A stretch of DNA of 64,000 nucleotides from Hormiphora californensis. Its lineage: Eukaryota; Animalia; Ctenophora. The notes under the pieces were generated by a model that saw nothing but the letters and a program-made list of their open reading frames with translations, was not told the origin of the DNA and searched no databases. Made by a program: the position numbers and the translations under genes. The DNA lies in contig CM035352.1 in the NCBI GenBank assembly GCA_020137815.1, positions 7,936,001-8,000,000 of the forward strand, read 5' to 3'. Position 1 is the stretch's first letter. Every line of letters begins with the position of its first letter. Of this stretch, positions 13,801 to 24,039 are shown one piece after another.

Positions 13801-15816
13801 TCGCAAAGTTATTCGAGGCAAAGGAGGCTGCAGTGTCTACCAAGCCTGGAGCAAGGAGGAAGGGAGGTTCTTTCCAGACTGTTGCCATGATTCACAAAGC
13901 TGCCGTGGAGCAACTTCTGACTACCCTCCGATCTACCACCCCACACTTTATCAGGTACATTACTAAAGGTCAAATCATCAAACACATCATCATATACTCA
14001 ACTGAAGTATTATTTTTGGCAGAGGAGAAAGAGTAACCACTCACCCAAACCAGGTGCAATGGTGTATTCTACCCCCCCCCCCCCCCCAACACCACCCTTC
14101 TAATTAACCCCCTTTCCCCAATCCCCATCCAGGTGTATCCTGCCCAACATGAAGAAGAAGAGTGGAATTATCGAGGCTAAACTAGTTCTGGAGCAGCTGA
14201 GGTGTAACTGGTGTGTTGGAAGGAATCAGGATTGTCCGAAAGGGTTTCCCTAACAGGCTCATGTACTCAGAATTCGTACAGAGGTATGTGATAGCACTGG
14301 TACTGGTTACATAAGGGCAGGTGGTGGACTGCTCGTACCCTGTTTTAAATAGTACCTGAGTTTAATTCAGGAGTCAGGAGTAGTGATATTCCCCCATGTC
14401 GGTCTCAACTCCAATTATAATTCCAGGTACACCATCCTGGCTCCTAGTTCCATTCCTGCTGGATTTATGGACGGGATGAAGGCGACAGAGAAACTGGTGG
14501 AGGCCCTTCAACTGGAGGAGAACAGCTTCCGAATGGGTCATAGTAAGGTAATTAATTAATTAATGGGCCATAGTAAGGTAATTAGTGTGATGAATAATGT
14601 GACATTTGACATTACGAGTCTTGGGATCTCGAACTGTCAGGATAATTGTAGCAGCTCGGTGTTTATCCTAAATCTATCACAAATCTATCCCAAACCCAAA
14701 TATACTGCACAGTGCATAGCGATAGAATCTAAAAATCTCCCCTGATCCCAATCTCCCCTGATCCCAATCTCCCCTTCTATCCCAGATATTCCTGCGGGCG
14801 GGAGTGATTGGCTACCTGGAAGACTTGAGAGACCAGCGGGTAAAGACCGTTCTGATCGGGTTCCAGACCCTAGCTCGAGGATGGCTGGCTAGAAAGCAGT
14901 TCAGGAAGTTGTTGGATCTGAGGGTGGCCTGTATTGTGGCTCAGAGGAACACCCGGCAATACTTCATCTTAAGGAAGTGGCAGTGGTGGAGGCTCTTTAC
15001 TCGAGTCAAGCCACTTCTGAGTGTTACCAGGTGAGTGGCAGTGGTGGAGGCTCTTTACTCGAGTCAAGCCACTTCTTAGCGTCACCAGGTTAGTGGCAGT
15101 GGTGGAGGCTCTTTACTAGAGTCAAGCCACTTCTTAGCGTCACCAGGTTAGTGGCAGTGGTGGAGGCTCTTTACTCGAGTCAAGCCACTTCTTAGTGTTA
15201 CCAGGTTAGTGGCAGTGGTGGAGGCTCTTTACTCGAGTCAAGCCACTTCTTAGTGTTACCAGGTTAGTGGCAGTGTTGGAGGCTCTTTACTAGAGTCAAG
15301 CCACTTCTTAGTGTTACCAGGTTAGTGGCAGTGGTGGAGGCTCTTTACTCGAGTCAAGCCACTTCTTAGCGTCACCAGGTTAGTGGCAGTGGTGGAGGCT
15401 CTTTACTCGAGTCAAGCCACTTCTTAGCGTCACCAGGTTAGTGGCAGTGGTGGAGGCTCTTTACTCGAGTCAAGCCACTTCTTAGTGTTACCAGGTGAGA
15501 AGAGATGGTAGTAAGGTGATGTTATTGGGGTCGGTCCATGGTTTGGTGATGTAGACATGAAGTGACTCATAATTATACTGGTATTATTAATTTGGTAGGG
15601 AGGTGAATTTTGTTTGCTAGCTAGCTACGAATTAGGGGGATAGAAAGAGTCATATTAGCATTGAATAGCTAGAGGAGACAGGTATTATAGTGATGTTATG
15701 CGTCATTAGGTATTCGATAAGGTTTCCCCAGCTGTAAGATATTTCAATGAAGCTACGCCCAAGTTGTAGTTTCTCTCTCTATCTCTCTATCTCTCTATCT
15801 CTCTATCTATCTCTCA

Positions 15817-15872
<56 letters not shown>

Positions 15873-18800
15873 ATCTCCCTCTCCTTCTCTTCATTATTAT
15901 GTAACCTTTCAACCCTGACTGCCTTTTCCTCTCTTCTCACCCTTTACTTATACGCAGCCTAGTACAAGTATTATCTCATCCCATGGAATGTCCTATAAAT
16001 CCATGAACCTAAATCTCATTCTTCCGAATGCTCAGTTGTCGCCCCGCACAACCACACTCCCCCTCCCCCTCCCCTATCGACCAAGTCCCATCTGCCCCAT
16101 CTGCCGCTCCTAACATCCACTACCTCGATAACTCCCGGTTATTATAACACCACTCCCCACAGGCAAGAAGAGGAGTTCAAGGACAAAGAAAAGGAGATGC
16201 TAAAAGTGAAGGCTGCAGTTGACGAGACCAAGGCAGAGAATGCTGAGCTCCAGTCCAAGATGGAAACCCTGAGTTCCGAGCACTCTAAAATCAAGGACTC
16301 GCTAGAGAAGGAGCAGCAGGCTGCGATTGAAGCAGAGGAACAGTGTACCAAGTTGGAGGGGATGAAGCAAAAACTAGAGGATGAAGTTGCTGTGAGTGTG
16401 GTTTTGTTTCGTTCAATTTGTACCACTGAATCAAAGTTGGTAGTCACCAATTTACCAATTTACCAAGGTGACTGATATTGTATGAAGTTCATCGAATATC
16501 CAACAACCCAATCTCTCAGGCCCTTATGGAACAAATCGACGAAGAACAGGATAACAACTTCAAGATTTCCTCACAAAAGAGGGCCCTTGAGGCTGAGTTA
16601 TCGGAAGTGAAGGGTAACCTGGAGATACTGGATTCTAATCTCAAGAAGGTACGGGAGATGTAGACCCCCACACCCCCCCCCCCCCCCCCCCCTCCGAATC
16701 CCGATATAGATCGGTGTAGTTGACACAACTAAGTTACAATCACCTGTTTTCTCTAACCTCTCCCCAGGAAGAGCCTATTTCTCCACTCTCCAGCTTTTCC
16801 TTACCCTTCCCCTCCACAGAAAGAGCAAGATCTGCACCGGAAGGAAGATGCCCTGGCCGCTAAAGAAGAAGAGTCAGCTAAAAAGGAGGAGGAGCTAAAG
16901 AAGCTGGTTGAGAAACAGAAGACAATGGAGGGAAATATAGCTGACCTTGAGGTCTCCCTGGGTTCTGCTACTGAGAAGGCAACCAGTCTGGATCGAGCAA
17001 AGAAGAAGCTGGAGGGAGAACTGAAACGTAGGTTTTATAATAAATCAGCTCCTAGATGTGTCTTGACATCCTCTAAATCCGTCCCAAATACAGTAATAGC
17101 TGGTTTAAATTCCCCTATTTTTCAGGATTTGAGGATGAATTAGAGGCTGAGAGAAAGGCCAAGGCGGCTCTTGACAAGTCTCTGAGAGGAAAGGAGGCTG
17201 AACTGAAAGACGCTAATGTCAAGATTCAGGAATTCACCGAGTGAGTCATATTTAGAAGTATCAAACCAAACATGTTCATAAGTTCGATTACCACGGTTCT
17301 AGGTCTGAATCTGAATACAATCAGTACATTCAGTATTCAATGCATTCAGTGGATCAGTAGTTAAAACATCTCCCCCTAGTGCTAAATATCTCCCCTAGTG
17401 CTAAAGCTGCAGTAGAGGCTGAGCTGAAGAAGAGAGATGGGGAACTGTTAGCCAGCCAGACTCAGCTTGAAGAGGAACAGGAATCTGGACAGAAGAAGGA
17501 TCGGGTGATAAAGGATCTGAACAACAAGATACACGATCTAGAGGAGGAGCTTGAGGTAATTTAGTAATTAAGTGATGTTAGATCAATGATCAATGATTCT
17601 TTCAGTTTACTAATATTTGTTTGACTTTATTTTCAATATTTTGACAATCTCTAGCTTCTCCAGCTCTTTCTAATCTCATCTCTCCTTCCTTCTAACCAGA
17701 TCACTATCCTCCAACTCACCATCTCCCTCCTTCTTTAGAGTGAACGTTCATCCAGGGGACGAGTTGAGAGGCAGTGTAAGGAACTGGACCGTGAGCTACA
17801 GGATCTTCAAGAGCGACTGGAGGAAGCCGGTGGTGCCACTGCTGCTCAGGTACAACTCCAGTTACCATGGTTACCATTGTGTGTTACCATGGTTACCATA
17901 TGTAATTGCGTTTTAACCCACCAAGATTGGGTTATATTTTAGTTACTGTGCAGTGCAACAAGTCTGCTGGACATGTCTGTTTGTCTGTTTGGGTGTGTGT
18001 GGTTAGGGCTGTAATGGTTTGATCTAGTTGACCCTTGATCGTGTTTGTTTGGTATATATCACGTGACTCACATCACATGACCTGGAGGCTGGAAAGAGAG
18101 ATAGAGAGAGGGGTAGTAACAGTGTTTCTGATTGAGTTATACACCACTCATACACTCTTTGATCTCGACACGCCTCCTGTGTTTTCTCTGATCCCTTTGT
18201 TACGTGATCCTGTATTTGATTGTTTGATTGATCCTGCAGGAGTTCTGATTGAGTTCATATCTCACTTTCCACCTTCCACCTTCCTTCCCCACAGTATTAA
18301 CGACATTCCAACTCTCACATCACGCAGTTAGCACCATTCTGTCAAACTGGCAATCTGAGCCAACAGCACAAGATCCTGAAGTCACCTAATTAACACCACA
18401 CCATCACCACCATCACCATCACAAGATGAACAGCTCAATATCCCTACTTGATCTGTCTGATCTGTCATCCTCTGATTACTACTCCACCACTAACACTTCC
18501 ATCTACAGTAACTACACAAGAAAGGTACCCCGCCCACATTTCACAGCAACCAATGTTATAGTTAACACTGTACAGGGTGTCCCATTTCTAGTATTAGAAA
18601 ATGAAATGATATTGGAATAGTAAAGAGAAACCCTGTAAAGAACGCCCTAGTTTATAATAACTCTGTAACTCTAGTTTATAATAATCCCCCTCCCTTAGTT
18701 GGATCTGAACAGGAGGCGAGAGGAGGAGATAATCACTCTCAAGGCAGAGCTAGCCGCTAATGAGACGACCCACAGTGATGCTATTGATGCCCTGAAGAAG

Positions 18801-21800
18801 AAATTGGCTGATGTCACACTGCAACTTGAGGAACAAATTGACCTGGCCAAGAAAACCAAGATCAAGTAGGTTGTTGTGTGGTTCACACCACAGTGCGATC
18901 TGTAAGGGTTCACACAGCTGAGATATATCCAAAATTATATCTCTTCCACTAAATTCTTTACTAATTACTAGTAAATCCCCTTCATTAATGACAATATTCC
19001 TACCCCCTACCAGGAACGACAAAGACAGGAAAGCAGCCCAGGAAGAGATCGACCACCTGAATGAGGCCCTGGACACCATCGGGAAGCAGAAGGGAAACCT
19101 TGACAAGACTGTGAGGGTACTTGACGAACAGCTTGGTGATGCTAATAGTAGGTGTTCTCAAATGGAGACCAATCTGAGAGAACTTGCTGATAAATACAAC
19201 AAGTAAGTGGGGTGACCAATCTGAGAGAACTTGCTGATAAATACAACAAGTAAGTGGGGTGAACTGTCCTTACAATATTAGTAAAAAGAAGTTTTTTATG
19301 CAGAGAATATTGTGGTGCATAGGGGGCTCAGTGAAACAGTTCATAGACTTGATCAACTTGTTTTACACTTTCTTCTCCCCCCTAGGCTGGTGAAGGAAAA
19401 CAACGACTTTGCTCAAAAGATAGAAGATATGGAGTCCAAGGAGGCCATGTTGAGCAAGAGTAAGAAGGGACTCCAGAGCCAGATTGATGATCTTGGTGGT
19501 CAGTTGGAGACTCTGAACTCTGAGAAGAATGGAGTGCAGACCCAGTTGAAACAGGCCCTCTCTGAGATTGAGGGACTTCAGGAGGAGGTGGAGATGGTAA
19601 GTTCTTGAGAACTAGAGATCTAGTCAATGAGTTGAGTTGAAGTGAGGATGAGATTTAATATTTTCATGAGTTATAGAACTGTTTTCGAAGTAGAGCATAG
19701 TGTCGCTGGATAAAAGATCTAGATTATAGAAAGCTATAGAACAAAATGAAAGAGCTAACAATCCTCTTCCCCACTCCAGGCTACAAGTGAGAAGGAAGAC
19801 AAGGAGAGAATGCTAGGAATCCTCCAGAGTGAACTAAACACAGCCCGTAACGCCATCACCAACGAGCACGTCCCCCGAATCGAGGAGCTGGAGGGAGAGA
19901 ACAGGAAACTACAGGTTAAGATTACTGAACTCGAGGACGCAGTTGATGAGTCCCAGACCAAGGCAAATAACGCTGAGAAAACCAAGAACAGGATTACGAT
20001 GGAGTTGGAGGATACTAGTGTAGAGTTGGATCGAGTGAAGAATGACCTGAGTAGCATGGACAAGAAGCAGAGGAAGGTGGATCAGATGATGTCAGAGTGG
20101 AAGGGTAAATGTGATCAGGAGACGGCTAAGAATGAGGGTCTGGTCCGAGAGATCCAGAAGATCTCCACTGATCACATGAACCTGAAGAACACTAATAATG
20201 AGATACAAGAGGAGTTGGATGGTGTTCGGCGGCAGATCAAATCCCTCCAAGCGGAGAATAATGACCTGACTGAACAGTTGGAGGGAGGTGGTAAGGCTAC
20301 CCACGAGATAGAGAAGCTGAGGAGGAAGCTGGAAACTGATAATGAGGAACTGAGGGGTCAGTTGGAGGAAACAGAGGGTCTACTAACTATGGAGGAGAAC
20401 AAGACCAGCAAGCTGCAGTTGGAGTTGAGTGGAGTTAAGATGGAGATGGAGAGGAGGTTGGGAGAGAAGGAGGAGGATAGTGATAAGGATAGGAAGAACC
20501 TATTGAGGCAGATTGACACCCTTCACCAGCAGCTTGAGGATGAAGCCAAGGTTAAGAATGACCTGGCTAAGGCAAGGAAGATGGCTGAGGGAGAGGTCGG
20601 TGGGCTACACGAAGATCTGGATAATGCAGAGAAAACTATCGCAGCACTCAACAACAACCTGGGTAAACAACAGAAGGGTATTCAGGAGCTGCAGTTGGCC
20701 TTGGAGGATGCCAACAAGAATGTCGAGAACCTGAAGGCAGCTCTGTTGAAGAGTGATAAGAAGGCAACCTCTCTGGCTACCCAGAAGACTGATATTGAGG
20801 GATCCTTGGAGAGGGCTGAGAGGCAGAGGAGGACCCTTGAGAATGAGAAGGGTGAGCTCACATCTCAAGTTGCCACTCTGGAGAGCCAGAAGGCTAGTGC
20901 GGAGAGTGGAAGGAAGAAGCTGGATGCGGAGTGTCATCAAATGAGGGACTTTGTGGAGGATCTAGAGGGAGAGAAGAGGGATGTGGAGATCCTGCTGCAG
21001 CGGGCTAATGATGCTCTTAACAGGTGGGTGTGTTTGTTTGTTTGTTTGTTTGTTTGTTTGTTTGTTTGTTTGTTTGTTTGTTTGTTTGTTTGTTTGTTTG
21101 TTTGTTTGTTTGTTTGTTTGTTTGTTTGTTCGTTTGTTTGTTTGTTTGTCCCTTTCTGACACTATAGACCTCATAAATAGCTATACTTCTAGAGTTCAAA
21201 ATTCCAACCAATCTCTCTCTCAGGTGCCAGAGTGAGCTGAACCTGGAACAAGAAGCCAAGGGGAACCAAGAAAGGGCATGCCAGACCCTCACCAGGCGTA
21301 TTGTGGAGCTTGAAGGACAACTCGAGGATGCCGAGAATGCTGTCAGGTAAGACCCGTTACTCTCTCCTGGTGAAAGTAACAGTCTCTCCGGCTCTCTCCT
21401 AGTTAAAGTAACAATCTCTCCGGCTCTCTCCTAGTTAAAGTAACAATCTCTCCCTGCTCAGGTCAGCCGGTAAGGGCAAGATCCAGGTTATGGAGACTAA
21501 GATCCGAGGACTGGAAACCGATATTGATGCGGAGATGAAGAGACGAGTTGATGCTGAGAAGGTAATTCTACCAATTAATCACTAATTAACAATCAACAAT
21601 TGTCTACTGACCACTCAATCCTTCGTGACTCATGATCTCTAATGTAGTGTTTGGGTACCTTGTGGATCACTGACCAATTACCAAGAATTTTGGCAAGGCG
21701 TCCAACCAGTTAGGTCATGACCCCGCACCCCGGTCCATGTGATTCATGATCTCTAACATACACTGTATCTCCCAGGCTCTGAAGAAGGCAGAACGAGCTA

Positions 21801-23331
21801 TCAAGGAGAATGCCTTCAACGCCGAGGAAGATCACAAGACAATCCAGAGACAACAGGGAACCATTGACATGGGAAATAACAAGATCAAATCCTTCAAACG
21901 TCAACTCGACGAAGCGGTACGTTTGTTATCTGATTTATATTAGGTTGTCCTAAAATTATTACGCATTTACTGACTGATCATTTTTAACCCACTAACTAAT
22001 TAGCTAATTAACCCCTACAGGAGACCCATTAACTAATTAGCTAATTAACCCCTACAGGAGACACAGATCCAACAGCTAAACAGCAAGTTGAGAAAGGCCC
22101 AGAATGAAGTTGCTGAGGCAGAAGAGAGAGCCGACATGGCAGAGAGTTCCTTGTCCCGGGCATCTACCCGAAATAGAGCCGCCACTGCTCGACTGGGACG
22201 ATCGGTATGTTGAGTCACTCAATCACTAGTAAAATATAGCCATTGATTGTGCATTAGTCAGTTTGCACAATATGATTCCAATCACAGGACGTGCAGGGTA
22301 GCCCTCGAACGGTAAGAATCGCCATTGTACAAATAATAGCTGTGTTACCATAGCAACCCTGAGAGGTGTTACCATAGCAACCCAGAACCCTGGGAGGTGT
22401 TACCATAGCAACCCTGGGAGGTGTTACCATAGCAACCCTGGGAGGTGTTACCATAACAACCCTGGGAGGTGTTACCATAGCAACCCTGGGAGGTGTTACC
22501 ATAGCAACCCTGGGAGGTGTTACCATAGCAACCCTGGGAGGTGTTACCATAGCAACTCTAGGAGGTGTTACCATAGCAACCCTGGGAGGTGTTAACATAG
22601 CAACCCTGGGAGGTGTTACCATAGCAACCCTGGGAGGTGTTACCATAGCAACCCTGGGAGGTGTTACCATAGCAACACTGGGAGGTGTTACCATAGCAAC
22701 CCTGGGAGGTGTTACCATAGCAACCAGTAGCATTTGATATAAAATAGCACTGTTCATATATGGGAAGTTGTACTGGGCTTGGTAAATGTTATCAACGTTG
22801 TTTTCATTACGTTACTCATTCTAGCCGCGTGTTTTAAACATCAGATGGCCGGTTCTCTCGGGAAGTTTCTAATTTCATTATGTCATGCATAATAATGTAA
22901 TAATAGCTCATCATATAATGACATCACACATTCTTGCCATGTGTGATCACTATAATCACACCTAAAACGTGGTGACATCACACATCCTAATCACACTAAG
23001 ATTTCACACGCCCACTTCCAGGACTACGTACCGAGGAATGCCCGAACCCGAGGAGGAGATGAGGAGGAGGAATAGAGAGAGTATGTGAGGTAAATAGTGA
23101 GGGTGACGGGGGACACTTTTGGGAGGGGTAGTTTAGCATGGTGCATGTTGCAGATTTGTAGCATTAATCTCTCTCAGCCATACTTTGTTAATAACCCCTC
23201 TCCCATTTCTCCAGGCGTCTCTCTCGCAGTCTGTTGGGGTCAGGAGAAAGAGTGCAAGCACTAGGACCCCTGTACCAACATCCCCAAAACTTGGCCGGGA
23301 CAGCAGTGAACCACCTGCAACCCCTCAGTAA
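8512..23331 (+). CDS. Mhc: Class II myosin heavy chain, striated-muscle (ST-MyHC) type. Exons: 8512-8674, 8772-8915, 9596-9687, 9804-9937, [10062-10254 | 10307-10523], 11179-11291, 11464-11598, 11761-11870, 12014-12133, 12363-12512, 12732-12902, 13200-13329, 13654-13954, 14133-14283, 14427-14547, 14786-15030, 16163-16391, 16520-16648, 16820-17027, 17126-17240, 17399-17555, 17739-17849, 18699-18865, 19014-19202, 19386-19596, 19780-21023, 21224-21346, 21462-21561, 21776-21916, 22058-22204, [23022-23075 | 23215-23331]
   Basis: Manual splicing with GT-AG and phase-consistent exons. Motifs: [28 protein letters not shown]-loop GESGAGKT, switch [10 protein letters not shown], switch [21 protein letters not shown], loop 2 [16 protein letters not shown] hook, long heptad rod. 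Kozak CCGCCATGG. Two single-base insertions (~8634-8637 G-run; 14209) must be removed; both are probably consensus errors. Confidence 0.95.
8924..9036. repeat. (GTTT)n microsatellite in myosin intron 2
   Basis: Direct read; a similar tract is at 21030-21148. Confidence 0.95.
10062..10254 (+). CDS. Mhc: Myosin mutually exclusive exon 5a ([64 protein letters not shown])
   Basis: TAG acceptor, GTGAGA donor, phase 1 to phase 2, 193 nt. Confidence 0.9.
10307..10523 (+). CDS. Mhc: Myosin mutually exclusive exon 5b ([72 protein letters not shown])
   Basis: CAG acceptor after a pyrimidine tract, GTAGAG donor, same phases as 5a, 217 nt. Confidence 0.9.
10620..10845. repeat. ~30-32-bp tandem repeat (AAGTGTGAAGTGTGAATTTCACATTTCCACA) plus (TG)n
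   Basis: About 6 copies in the intron after the MXE pair. Confidence 0.85.
14976..15498 (+). repeat. 58-bp tandem array (9 copies) of the myosin exon 16 3' end plus splice donor
   Basis: Units end in ACCAG|GT at 15030, 15088, 15146, 15204, 15262, 15320, 15378, 15436, 15494. Confidence 0.95.
18051..18070 (+). promoter_or_regulatory. Putative internal promoter elements (TATATA, E-box CACGTG, TGACTCA) upstream of the candidate rod-isoform exon
   Basis: Sequence GGTATATATCACGTGACTCA; motif match only. Confidence 0.3.
18426..18524 (+). CDS. Candidate internal alternative first coding exon ([33 protein letters not shown]) for a headless myosin-rod isoform
   Basis: 33 codons from ATG to an AAG|GTACCC donor in phase 0, matching the phase-0 acceptor at 18699 ([10 protein letters not shown]). 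Sits in an 849-bp intron, longer than the flanking rod introns and free of obvious repeats. Confidence 0.6.
22288..22311 (+). CDS. Mhc: Candidate 24-nt frame-preserving micro-exon (DVQGSPRT) in the myosin tailpiece
   Basis: CACAG acceptor, ACG|GTAAGA donor, phase 0/0. Confidence 0.5.
22344..22724. repeat. 24-bp minisatellite x16 (GTTACCATAGCAACCCTGGGAGGT); most units carry an RFX X-box-like palindrome
   Basis: Direct read of units. Confidence 0.93.
23022..23075 (+). CDS. Mhc: Myosin C-terminal exon variant 1 ([17 protein letters not shown]), a stop-containing cassette exon with donor at 23081
   Basis: CCAG acceptor, phase 0, TAG, then AGAGA|GTATGT. Confidence 0.75.
   Translation, partial: DYVPRNARTRGGDEEEE
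23215..23331 (+). CDS. Mhc: Myosin C-terminal exon variant 2 ([38 protein letters not shown])
   Basis: Pyrimidine tract plus CCAG, phase 0, open for 38 codons. Confidence 0.75.
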   Translation, partial: ASLSQSVGVRRKSASTRTPVPTSPKLGRDSSEPPATPQ

Positions 23332-23553
23332 CTCCCAGAGTTATGCTATGATATAGGACTGGGAAACCCGGAGTTGCTATAAGTGGGAAACCCCCCGAAG
23401 TTGCTATGTCTGGGGAACTACTTCTCCTACTGACCTCATTTTATCCTATGGGACTTTTAACGTAACACCTCTCTCTTTCTCTCTTTTTGACGATTTATGA
23501 AAATTGTATATACACACACACGCATTATCTTATGGTATCCAATTATATATGCG

Positions 23554-23559
23554 AATAAA
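23554..23559 (+). terminator. Polyadenylation signal AATAAA of the myosin gene
   Basis: ~220 nt after the last stop, followed by GT/T-rich sequence. Confidence 0.6.
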
Positions 23560-24039
23560 AAATGTGACAAAAATGTTTTCTAAAGACCATTTGTAAATGT
23601 GCGTGACTCTTTTTGGTGAAAAAGAAAACTGTGCTATGAGTTTGTTAGGAGTGTTATGATTTTACTACATCTTTACTTTGTCATTTAATTATCCCACGAG
23701 TTTTTGTTTTCCCATTTCCCGGATTAGTTAGAGAGTATTGTGAAGCTGTAATCAACAGACAAAGAAAGAGGTCTGGTCCTCGCGTCGGCTGGGAATCTGA
23801 ATTTAGTTCCGATATCGTGGTTATGGAACGCGCGATAACTCGCCACTGATCCCCTCCGCGCGGACTCTCAGGCCATGTGAGCGCGCGCGTGGCGCGGTGA
23901 AAATGCCGACAATGGTCACTTTACATTTGGCCCCTTCTTAGCGGGACACAGAACAAACGAATGTCCAATCAGTGAACTTGACATAGGCTCTTCCTAGTTC
24001 GTGTTACATCTGCAGAGTAAAGAGTTCATTGCAAAATGA

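Noticed and set aside
14976-15498. CRISPR-like regular array
   Set aside because: Eukaryotic context, no unique spacers; it is a tandem exon-end duplication
22254-22757. VAMVTPPR-repeat ORF (also repeat ORFs at 26852, 37816, 46198)
   Set aside because: Translations of minisatellites
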